From Leptogorgia sarmentosa (Eukaryota), in NCBI GenBank assembly GCA_964658305.1, contig OZ210884.1, positions 2,294,001 through 2,358,000 of the forward strand: DNA of 64,000 nt, given 5' to 3'. The notes beneath the pieces are model-generated. The model ran no database searches. It worked only from the letters and a program-made list of their open reading frames with translations, and was not told where the DNA came from. Of this stretch, positions 25,761-38,600 are shown piece by piece; position 1 is the stretch's first letter, and each line of letters opens with the position of its first letter. The position numbers and the translations under genes were made by a program.

Positions 25761-28700
25761 TTCCTTTGAAACAACGGGCTACCCATCATCATGCCCTTGC
25801 TCGTATTTTTATCACAGGTTTACGAAAGTTTCGCTGCACATTGCTCTTGGCATGGTGAATACGCATGGTAAATTCGGTGGCGACACCATTCAAAATCGAA
25901 GCCACAGAAGCAATCAAGTCCCTTCTCCTGGTATGGTAAATTTGCTATTGCTCCTGTTGAGATTCCTTTGAAACAACGGGCTACCCATCATCATGCCCTT
26001 GCTCGTATTTTTATCCCAGGTTTACGAAATTTACGCTGCACATTGCTCTTGGCATGGTGAATACGCATGGTAAATTTGGTGGCGACACCATTCAAAATGG
26101 AAGCCACAGAAGCAATCAAGTCCCTTCACCTGGTATGGTATATTTGCTATTGCTATTGCTCCTGTTGAGATTACTTTGAAACAACGGGCTACCCATCATC
26201 ATGCCCTTGCTCGTATTTTTATCACAGGTTTACGAAATTTTCGCTGTACATTGCTCTTGGCATGGTGAATACGCATGGTAAATTTGGTGGCGACACCATT
26301 CAAAATGGAAGCCACAGAAGCAATCAAGTCCCTTCACCTGGTATGGTATATTTGCTATTGCTATTGCTCCTGTTGAGATTCCTTTGAAACAACGGGCTAC
26401 CCATCATCATGCCCTTGCTCGTATTTTTATCACAGGTTTACGAAATTTTCGCTGCACATTGCTCTTGGCATGGTGAATACGCATGGTAAATTTGGTGGCG
26501 ACACCATTCAAAATGGAAGCCACAGAAGCAGTCAAGTCCCTTCACCTGGGATGGTATATTTGCTATTGCTATTGCTCCTGTTGAGATTCCTTTGAAACAA
26601 CGGGCTACCCATCATCATGCCCTTGCTCGTATTTTTATCACAGGTTTACGAAATTTTCGCTGCGCATTGCTCTTGGCATGGTGAATACGCATGGTAAATT
26701 TGGTGGCGACACCATTCAAAATGGAAGCCACAGAAGCAATCAAGTCCCTTCTCCTGGTATGGTGGTATATTTGCTATTGCTCCTGTTGAGATTCCTTTGA
26801 AACAACGGGCTACCCATCATAATGCCCTTGCTCGTATTTTTATAACAGGTTTACGAAATTTACGCTGTACATTGCTCTTGGCGATGGTGAATACGCATGG
26901 TAAATTTGGTGGCGACACCATTCAAAATGGAAGCCACAGAAGCAATCAAGTCCCTTCACCTGGTATGGTATATTTGCTATTGCTCCTGTTGAGATTCCTT
27001 TGAAACAACGGGCTACCAATCATCATGCCCTTGCTCGTATTTTTATCACAGGTTTACGAAATTTACGCTGCACATTGCTCTTGGCATGGTGAATACGCAT
27101 GGTAAATTTTGTGGCGACACCATTCAAAATGGAAGCCACAGAAGCAATCAAGTCCCTTCACCTGGTATGGTATATTTGCTATTACTCCTGTTGAGATTCC
27201 TTTGAAACAACGGGCTACCAATCATCATGCCCTTGCTCGTATTTTTATCACAGGTTTACGAAATTTACGCTGCACATTGCTCTTGGCATGGTGAATACGC
27301 ATGGTAAATTTGGTGGCGACACCATTCAAAATGGAAGCCACAGACGCAATCAAGTCCCTTCTCCTGGTATGGTATATTTGCTATTGCTCCTGTTGAGATT
27401 CCTTTGAAACAACGGGCTACCCATCATAATGCCCTTGCTCGTATTTTTATAACAGGTTTACGAAATTTACGCTGTACATTGCTCTTGGCGATGGTGAATA
27501 CGCATGGTAAATTTGGTGGCGACACCATTCAAAATGGAAGCCAGAGAAGCAATCAAGTCCCTTCACCTGGTATGGTAAATTTGCTATTGCTCCTGTTGAG
27601 ATTCCTTTGAAACAACGGGCTACCCATCATCATGCCCTTGCTCGTATTTTTATCACAGGTTTACGAATTTTGGCTGCGCATTGCTCTTGGCATGGTGAAT
27701 ACGCATGGTAAATTTGGTGGCGACACCATTCAAAATGGAAGCCACAGAAGCAGTCAAGTCCCTTCACCTGGGATGGTATATTTGCTATTGCTATTGCTCC
27801 TGTTGAGATTCCTTTGAAACAACGGGCTACCCATCATCATGCCCTTGCTCGTATTTTTATCACAGGTTTACGAAATTTTCGCTGCGCATTGCTCTTGGCA
27901 TGGTGAATACGCATGGTAAATTTGGTGGCGACACCATTCAAAATGGAAGCCACAGAAGCAATCAAGTCCCTTCTCCTGGTATGGTATATTTGCTATTGCT
28001 CCTGTTGAGATTCCTTTGAAACAACGGGCTACCCATCATCATGCCCTTGCTCGTATTTTTATCACAGGTTTACGAAATTTACGCTGCACATTGCTCTTGG
28101 CATGGTGAATACGCATGGTAAATTTGGTGGCGACACCATTCAAAATGGAAGCCACAGAAGCAATCAAGTCCCTTCTCCTGGTATGGTGGTATATTTGCTA
28201 TTGCTCCTGTTGAGATTCCTTTGAAACAACGGGCTACCCATCATAATGCCCTTGCTCGTATTTTTATAACAGGTTTACGAAATTTACGCTGTACATTGCT
28301 CTTGGCGATGGTGAATACGCATGGTAAATTTGGTGGCGACACCATTCAAAATGGAAGCCACAGAAGCAATCAAGTCCCTTCACCTGGTATGGTATATTTG
28401 CTATTGCTCCTGTTGAGATTCCTTTGAAACAACGGGCTACCAATCATCATGCCCTTGCTCGTATTTTTATCACAGGTTTACGAAATTTACGCTGCACATT
28501 GCTCTCGGCATGGTGAATACGCATGGTGAATTTAGTGGCGACACCATTCAAAATGGATGCCACAGAAGCAGTCAAGTCCCTTCACCTGGTATGGTATATT
28601 TGCTATTGCTATTGCTCCTGTTGAGATTCCTTTGAAACAACGGGCTACCCATCATCATGCCCTTGCTCGTATTTTTATCACAGGTTTACGAAATTTTCGC

Positions 28701-31700
28701 TGCGCATTGCTCTTGGCATGGTGAATACGCATGGTAAATTTGGTGGCGACACCATTCAAAATGGAAGCCACAGAAGCAATCAAGTCCCTTCTCCTGGTAT
28801 GGTATATTTGCTATTGCTCCTGTTGAGATTCCTTTGAAACAACGGGCTACCCATCATCATGCCCTTGCTCGTATTTTTATCACAGGTTTACGAAATCTAC
28901 GCTGCACATTGCTCTTGGCATGGTCAATACGCATGGTAAATTTGGTGGCGACACCATTCAAAATGGAAGCCACAGAAGCAATCAAGTCCCTTCACCTGGT
29001 ATGGTATATTTGCTATTGCTCCTGTTGAGATTCCTTTGAAACAACGGGCTACCCATCATCAAGCCCTTGCTCGTATTTTTATCACAGGCTTACGAAATTT
29101 TCGCTGCACATTGCCCTTGGCATGGTGAATACGCATGGTAAATTTGGTGGCGACACCATTCAAAATGGAAGCCACAGAAGCAATCAAGTCCCTTCACCTG
29201 GTATGGTATATTTGCTATTGCTATTGCTCCTGTTGAGATTACTTTGAAACAACGGGCTACCCATCATCATGCCCTTGCTCGTATTTTTATCACAGGTTTA
29301 CGAAATTTTCGCTGTACATTGCTCTTGGCATGGTGAATACGCATGGTAAATTTGGTGGCGACACCATTCAAAATGGAAGCCACAGAAGCAATCAAGTCCC
29401 TTCACCTGGTATGGTATATTTGCTATTGCTATTGCTCCTGTTGAGATTCCTTTGAAACAACGGGCTACCCATCATCATGCCCTTGCTCGTATTTTTATCA
29501 CAGGTTTACGAAATTTTCGCTGCACATTGCTCTTGGCATGGTGAATACGCATGGTAAATTTGCTGGCGACACCATTCAAAATGGAAGCCACAGAAGCAAT
29601 CAAGTCCCTTCACCTGGTGTGGTATATTTGCTATTGCTATTGCTCCTGTTGAGATTCCTTTGAAACAACGGGCTACCCATCATCATGCCCTTGCTCGTAT
29701 TTTTATCACAGGTTTACGAAATTTTCGCTGCACATTGCTCTTGGCATGGTGAATACGCATGGTAAATTTGGTGGCGACACCAGTCAAAATGGAAGCCACA
29801 GAAGCAATCAAGTCCATTCACCTGGTATGGTATATTTGCTATTGCTATTGCTCCTGTTGAGATTCCTTTGAAACAACGGGCTACCCATCATCATGCCCTT
29901 GCTCGTATTTTTATCACAGGTTTACGAATTTTGGCTGCGCATTGCTCTTGGCATGGTGAATACGCATGGTAAATTTGGTGGGGACACCATTCAAAATGGA
30001 AGCCACAGAAGCAGTCAAGTCCCTTCACCTGGGATGGTATATTTGCTATTGCTCCTGTTGAGATTCCTTTGAAACAACGGGCTACCCATCATCATGCCCT
30101 TGCTCGTATTTTTATCACAGGTTTACGAAATTTTCGCTTCGCATTGCTCTTGGCATGGTGAATACGCATGGTAAATTTGGTGGCGACACCATTCAAAATG
30201 GAAGCCACAGAAGCAATCAAGTCCCTTCTCCTGGTATGGTATATTTGCTATTGCTCCTGTTGAGATTCCTTTGAAACAACGGGCTACCCATCATAATGCC
30301 CTTGCTCGTATTTTTATAACAGGTTTACGAAATTTACGCTGTACATTGCTCTTGGCGATGGTGAATACGCATGGTAAATTTGGTGGCGACACCATTCAAA
30401 ATGGAAGCCACAGAAGCAATCAAGTCCCTTCACCTGGTATGGTATATTTGCTATTACTCCTGTTGAGATTCCTTTGAAACAACGGGCTACCAATCATCAT
30501 GCCCTTGCTCGTATTTTTATCACAGGTTTACGAAATTTACGCTGCACATTGCTCTTGGCATGGTGAATACGCATGGTAAATTTGGTGGCGACACCATTCA
30601 AAATAGAAGCCACAGACGCAATCAAGTCCCTTCTCCTGGTATGGTATATTTGCTATTGCTCCTGTTGAGATTCCTTTGAAACAACGGGCTACCCATCATA
30701 ATGCCCTTGCTCGTATTTTTATAACAGGTTTACGAAATTTACGCTGTACATTGCTCTTGGCGATGGTGAATACGCATGGTAAATTTGGTGGCGACACCAT
30801 TCAAAATGGAAGCCAGAGAAGCAATCAAGTCCCTTCACCTGGTATGGTATATTTGCTATTGCTCCTGTTGAGATTCCTTTGAAACAACGGGCTACCAATC
30901 ATCATGCCCTTGCTCGTATTTTTATCACAGGTTTACGAAATTTACGCTGCACATTGCTCTTGGCATGGTAAATACGCATGGTAAATTTGGTGGCGACACC
31001 ATTCAAAATGGAAGCCACAGAAGCAATCAAGTCCCTTCACCTGGTATGGTATATTTGCTATTGCTCCTGTTGAGATTCCTTTGAAACAACGGGCTACCAA
31101 TCATCATGCCCTTGCTCGTATTTTTATCACAGGTTTACGAAATTTACGCTGCACATTGCTCTTGGCATGGCGAATACGCATGGTAAGTTTGGTGGCGACA
31201 CCATTCAAAATGGAAGCTACAGAAGCAATCAAGTCCCTTCACCTGGTATGGTATCTTTGCTATTGCTCCTGGTGAGATTCCTTTGAAACAACGGGCTACC
31301 CATCATCATGCCCTTGCTCGTATTTTTATCACAGGTTTACGAAATTTTCGCTGCACATTGCTCTTGGCATGGTGAATACGCATGGTAAATTCGGTGGCGA
31401 CACCATTCAAAATCGAAGCCACAGAAGCAATCAAGTCCCTTCTCCTGGTATGGTAAATTTGCTATTGCTCCTGTTGAGATTCCTTTGAAACAACGGGCTA
31501 CCCATCATCATGCCCTTGCTCGTATTTTTATCACAGGTTTACGAAATTTACGCTGCACATTGCTCTTGGCATGGTGAATACGCATGGTAAATTTGGTGGC
31601 GACACCATTCAAAATGGAAGCCACAGAAGCAATCAAGTCCCTTCACCTGGTATGGTATATTTGCTATTGCTATTGCTCAAGTTGAGATTCCTTTGAAACA

Positions 31701-32699
31701 ACGGGCTACCCATCATCATGCCCTTGCTCGTATTTTTATCACAGGTTTACGAAATTTTCGTTGCACATTGCTCTTGGCATGGTGAATACGCATGGTAAAT
31801 TTGGTGGCGACACCATTCAAAATAGAAGACACAGAAGCAATCAAGTCCCTTCACCTGGTATGGTATATTTGCTATTGCTATTGCTCCTGTTGAGATTCCT
31901 TTGAAACAACGGGCTACTCATCATCATGCCCTTGCTCGTATTTTTATCACAGGTTTACGAAATTTTCGCTGCGCATTGCTCTTGGAATGGTGAATACGCA
32001 TGGTAATTTTGGTGGCGACACCATTCAAAATGGAAGCCACAGAAGCAATCAAGTCCCTTCACCTGGTATGGTATATTTGCTATTGCTATTGCTCCTGTTG
32101 AGATTCCTTTGAAACAACGGGCTACCCATCATCATGCCCTTGCTTGTATTTTTATCACAGGTTTACGAATTTTGGCTGCGCATTGCTCTTGGCATGGTGA
32201 ATACGCATGGTAAATTTGGTGGCGACACCATTCAAAATGGAAGCCACAGAAGCAGTCAAGTCCCTTCACCTGGGATGGTATATTTGCTATTGCTATTGCT
32301 CCTGTTGAGATTCCTTTGAAACAACGGGCTGCCCATCATCATGCCCTTGCTCGTATTTTTATCACAGGTTTACGAAATTTTCGCTGCGCATTGCTCTTGG
32401 CATGGCGAATACGCATGGTAAATTTGGTGGCGACACCATTCAAAATGGAAGCCACAGAAGCAATCAAGTCCCTTCACCTGGTATGGTATATTTGCTATTG
32501 CTCCTGTTGAGATTCCTTTGAAACAACGGGCTACCCATCATCATGCCCTTGCTCTTATTTTTATCACAGGTTTACGAAATTTTCGCTGCACATTGCTCTT
32601 GGCATGGTGAATACGCATGGTAAATTTGGTGGCGACACCATTCAAAATGGAAGCCACAGAAGCAATCAAGTCCCTTCACCTGGTATTTGCTATTGCTAT

Positions 32700-35600
32700 T
32701 GCTCCTGTTGAGATTCCTTTGAAACAACGGGCTACCCATCATCATGCCCTTGCTCGTATTTTTATCACAGGTTTACGAAATCTACGCTGCACATTGCTCT
32801 TGGCATGGTCAATACGCATGGTAAATTTGGTGGCGACACCATTCAAAATGGAAGCCACAGAAGCAATCAAGTCCCTTCACCTGGTATGGTATATTTGCTA
32901 TTGCTATTGCTCCTGTTGAGATTGCTTTGAAACAACGGGCTACCCATCATCATGCCCTTGCTCGTATTTTTATCACAGGTTTACGAACTTTTCCCAGCAC
33001 ATTGCCCCTGGCATGGTGAATACGCATGGTAAATTTGGTGGCGACACCACTCAAAATGGAAGCCACAGAAGCAATCAAGTCCCTTCACCTGGTATGGTAT
33101 ATTTGCTATTGCTATTGCTCCTCTTGAGATTCCTTTGAAACAACGGGCTACCCATCATCATGCCCTTGCTCGTATTTTTATCACAGGTTTACGAAATTTT
33201 CGCTGCACATTGCTCTTGGCGATGGTGAATACGCATGGTAAATTTGGTGGCGACACCATTCAAAATGGAAGCCACAGAAGCAATCAAGTCCCTTCACCTG
33301 GTATGGTATATTTGCTGTTGCTATTGCTCCTGTTGAGATTCCTTTGAAACAACGGGCTACCCATCATCATGCCCTTGCTCTTATTTTTATCACAGGTTTA
33401 CGAAATTTTCGCTGCACATTGCTCTTGGCATGGTGAATACGCATGGTAAATTTGGTGGCGACACCATTCAAAATGGAAGCCACAGAAGCAATCAAGTCCC
33501 TTCACCTGGTATGGTATATTTGCTATTGCTATTGCTCCTGTTGAGATTCCGTTGAAACAACGGGCTACCCATCATCATGCCCTTGCTCGTATTTTTATCA
33601 CAGGTTTACGAAATTTTCGCTGCACATTGCTCTTGGCGATAGTCAATACGCATGGTAAATTTGGTGGCGACACCATTCAAAATGGAAGCCACAGAAGCAA
33701 TCAAGTCCCTTCACCTGGTATGGTATATTTGATATTGCTATTGCTCCTGTTGAGATTGCTTTGAAACAACGGGCTACCCATCATCATGCCCTTGCTCGTA
33801 TTTTTATCACAGGTTTACGAACTTTTCCCAGCACATTGCCCCTGGCATGGTGAATACGCATGGTAAATTTGGTGGCGACACCACTCAAAATGGAAGCCAC
33901 AGAAGCAATCAAGTCCCTTCACCTGGTATGGTATATTTGCTATTGCTATTGCTCCTCTTGAGATTCCTTTGAAACAACGGGCTACCCATCATCATGCCCT
34001 TGCTCGTATTTTTATCACAGGTTTACGAAATTTTCGCTGCACATTGCTCTTGGCGATGGTGAATACGCATGGTAAATTTGGTGGCGACACCATTCAAAAT
34101 GGAAGCCACAGAAGCAATCAAGTCCCTTCACCTGGTATGGTATATTTGCTATTGCTATTGCTCCTGTTGAGATTCCGTTGAAACAACGGGCTACCCATCA
34201 TCATGCCCTTGCTCGTATTTTTATCACAGGTTTACGAAATTTTCGCTGCACATTGCTCTTGGCGATAGTGAATACGCATGGTAAATTTGGTGGGGCCACC
34301 ATTCAAAATGGAAGCCACAGAAGCAATCAAGTCCCTTCACCTGGTATGGTATATTTGCTATTGCTATTGCTCCTGTTGAGATTGCTTTGAAACAACGGGC
34401 TACCCATCATCATGCCCTTGCTCGTATTTTTATCACAGGTTTACGAACTTTTCCCAGCACATTGCCCCTGGCATGGTGAATACGCATGGTAAATTTGGTG
34501 GCGACACCACTCAAAATGGAAGCCACAGAAGCAATCAAGTCCCTTCACCTGGTATGGTATATTTGCTATTGCTATTGCTCCTCTTGAGATTCCTTTGAAA
34601 CAACGGGCTACCCATCATCATGCCCTTGCTCGTATTTTTATCACAGGTTTACGAAATTTTCGCTGCACATTGCTCTTGGCGATGGTGAATACGCATGGTA
34701 AATTTGGTGGCGACACCATTCAAAATGGAAGCCACAGAAGCAATCAAGTTCCTTCACCTGGTATGGTATATTTGCTATTGCTATTGCTCCTGTTGAGATT
34801 CCTTTGAAACAACGGGCTACCCATCATCATGCCCTTGCTCGTATTTTTATCACAGGTTTACGGAATTTTCGCTGCACATTGCTCTTGGCGATGGTGAATA
34901 CGCATGGTATATTTGGTGGCGAAACCATTCAAAATGGAAGCCACAGAAGCAATCAAGTCCCTTCACCTGGTATGGTATATTTGCTATTGCTATTGCTCCT
35001 GTTGAGATTCCTTAGAAACAACGGGCTACCCATCATCATGCCCTTGCTCGTATTTTTATCACAGGTTTACGAAATTTTCGCTGCATATTGCTCTTGGCGA
35101 TGGTGAATACGCATTGTAAATTTGGTGGCGACACCATTCAAAATGGAAGCCACAGAAGCAATCAAGTCCCTTCACCTGGTATGGTATATTTGCTACTGCT
35201 ATTGCTCCTGTTGAGATTGCTTTGAAACAACGGGCTACCCATCATCATGCCCTTGCTCGTATTTTTATCACAGGTTTACGAACTTTTCCCTGCACATTGC
35301 CCCTGGCATGGTGAATACGCATGGAAAATTTGGTGGCGACACCATTCAAAATGGAAGCCACAGAAGCAATCAAGTCCCTTCACCTGGTATGGTATATTTG
35401 CTATTGCTATTGCTCCTGTTGAGATTCCTTTGAAACAACGGGCTACCCATCATCATGCCCTTGCTTGTATTTTTATCACAGGTTTACGGAATTTTCGCTA
35501 CACATTGCTCTTGGCATGGTGAATACGCATGGTAAATTTGGTGGCGACACCATTCAAAATGGAAGCCACAGAAGCAATCAAGTCCCTTCACCTGGTATGG

Positions 35601-38600
35601 TATATTTGCTATTGCTATTGCTCCTGTTGAGATTCCTTTGAAACAACGGGCTACCCATCATCATGCCCTTGCTCGTATTTTTATCACAGGTTTACGGAAT
35701 TTTCGCTACACATTGCTCTTGGCATGGTGAATACGCATGGTAAATTTGGTGGCGACACCATTCAAAATGGAAGCCACAGAAGCAATCAAGTCCCTTCACC
35801 TGGTATGGTATATTTGCTGTTGCTATTGCTCCTGTTGAGATTCCTTTGAAACAACGGGCTACCCATCATCATGCCCTTGCTCTTATTTTTATCACAGGTT
35901 TAGGAAATTTTCGCTGCACATTGCTCTTGGCATGGTGAATACGCATGGTAAATTTGGTGGCGACACCATTCAAAATGGAAGCCACAGAAGCAATCAAGTC
36001 CCTTCACCTGGTATGGTATATTTGCTATTGCTATTGCTCCTGTTGAGATTCCGTTGAAACAACGGGCTACCCATCATCATGCCCTTGCTCGTATTTTTAT
36101 CACAGGTTTACGAAATTTTCGCTGCACATTGCTCTTGGCGTTGGTGAATACGCATGGTAAATTTGGTGGCGACACCATTCAAAATGGAAGCCACAGAAGC
36201 AATCAAGTCCCTTCAACTGGTATGGTATATTTGCTATTGCTATTGCTCCTGTTGAGATTGCTTTGAAACAACGGGCTACCCATCATCGTGCCCTTGGTCG
36301 TATTTTTATCACAGGTTTACGAACTTTTCCCAGCACATTGCCCCTGGCATGGTGAATACGCATGGTAAATTTGGTGGCGACACCATTCAAAATGGAAGCC
36401 ACAGAAGCAATCAAGTCCCTTCACCTGGTATGGTATATTTGCTATTGCTATTGCTCCTGTTGAGATTCCTTTGAAACAACGGGCTACCCATCATCATGCC
36501 CTTGCTCGTATTTTTATCACAGGTGTACGAAATTTTCGCTGCACATTGCTCTTGGTGATGGTGAATACGCATGGTAAATTTGGTGGCGACACCATTCAAA
36601 ATGGAAGCCACAGAAGCAATCAAGTTCCTTCACCTGGTATGGTATATTTGCTATTGCTATTGCTCCTGTTGAGATTCCTTTGAAACAACGGGCTACCCAT
36701 CATCATGCCCTTGCTCGTATTTTTATCACAGGTTTACGGAATTTTCGCTGCACATTGCTCTTGGCGATGGTGAATACGCATGGTATATTTGGTGGCGACA
36801 CCATTCAAAATGGAAGCCACAGAAGCAATCAAGTCCCTTCACCTGGTATGGTATATTTGCTACTGCTATTGCTCCTGTTGAGATTGCTTTGAAACAACGG
36901 GCTACCCATCATCATGCCCTTGCTCGTATTTTTATCACAGGTTTACGAACTTTTCCCTGCACATTGCCCCTGGCATGGTGAATACGCATGGTAAATTTGG
37001 TGGCGACACCATTCAAAATGGAAGCCACAGAAGCAATCAAGTCCCTTCACCTGGTATGGTATATTTGCTATTGCTATTGCTCCTGTTGAGATTCCTTTGA
37101 AACAAGGGGCTACCCATCATCATGCCCTTGCTCGTATTTTTATCACAGGTTTACGGAATTTTCGCTACACATTGCTCTTGGCATGGTGAATACGCATGGT
37201 AAATTTGGTGGCGACACCATTCAAAATGGAAGCCACAGAAGCAATCAAGTCCCTTCACCTGGTATGGTATATTTGCTGTTGCTATTGCTCCTGTTGAGAT
37301 TCCTTTGAAACAACGGGCTACCCATCATCATGCCCTTGCTCTTATTTTTATCACAGGTTTACGAAATTTTCGCTGCACATTGCTCTTGGCATGGTGAATA
37401 CGCATGGTAAATTTGGTGGCGACACCATTCAAAATGGAAGCCACAGAAGTAATCAAGTCCCTTCACCTGGTATGGTATATTTGCTATTGCTATTGCTCCT
37501 GTTGAGATTCCTTTGAAACAACGGGCTACCCATCATCATGCCCTTGCTCGTATTTTTATCACAGGTTTACGAAATTTTCGCTGCACATTGCTCTTGGCGA
37601 TGGTGAATACGCATGGTAAATTTGGTGGCGACACCATTCAAAATGGAAGCCACAGAAGCAATCAAGTCCCTTCACCTGGTATGGTATATTTGCTATTGCT
37701 ATTGCTCCTGTTGAGACTCCTTTGAAACAACGGGCTACCCATCATCATGCCCTTGCTCGTATTTTTATCACAGGTTTACGAAATTTTCGCTGCGCATTGC
37801 TCTTGGCATGGTGAATACGCATGGTAAATTTGGTGGCGACACCATTCAAAATGGAAGCCACAGAAGCAATCAAGTCCCTTCACCTGGTATGGTATATTTG
37901 CTATTGCTATTGCTCCTGTTGAGATTCCTTTGAAACAACGGGCAACCCATCATCATGCCCTTGCTCGTATTTTTATCACAGGTTTACGAAATTTTCGCTG
38001 CACATTGCTCTTGGAATGGTGAATACGCATGGTAAATTTGGTGGCGACACCATTCAAAATGGAAGCCACAGAAGCAATCAAGTCCCTTCACCTGGTATGG
38101 TATATTTGCTATTGCTATTGCTCCTGTTGAGATTCCTTTGAAACAACGGGCTACCCATCATCATGCCCTTGCTCGTATTTTTATCACAGGTTTACGAAAT
38201 TTTCGCTGCACATTGCTCTTGGCGATGGTGAATACGCATGGTAAATTTGGTGGCGACACCATTCAAAATGGAAGCCACAGAAGCAATCAAGTCCCTTCAC
38301 CTGGTATGGTATATTTGCTATTGCTATTGCTCCTGTTGAGACTCCTTTGAAACAACGGGCTACCCATCATCATGCCCTTGCTCGTATTTTTATCACAGGT
38401 TTACGAAATTTTCGCTGCGCATTGCTCTTGGCATGGTGAATACGCATGGTAAATTTGGTGGCGACACCATTCAAAATGGAAGCCACAGAAGCAATCAAGT
38501 CCCTTCACCTGGTATGGTATATTTGCTATTGCTATTGCTCCTGTTGAGATTCCTTTGAAACAACGGGCAACCCATCATCATGCCCTTGCTCGTATTTTTA

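Larger units (their letters stand above)
1..32600. repeat. Satellite variant domain A
   Basis: Markers seen only in this interval: AATTTACGC (for AATTTTCGC), CATAATGCC..TATAACAGG..GCTGTAC..GGCGATGG haplotype (11 copies, 997 to 30676), GCAGTCAAG..GGGATGG, CCTTCTCC, ACCAGTCAAA, GATTACTTTG. 202 bp monomers are sparse before ~17.9 kb and frequent after. Confidence 0.85.
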
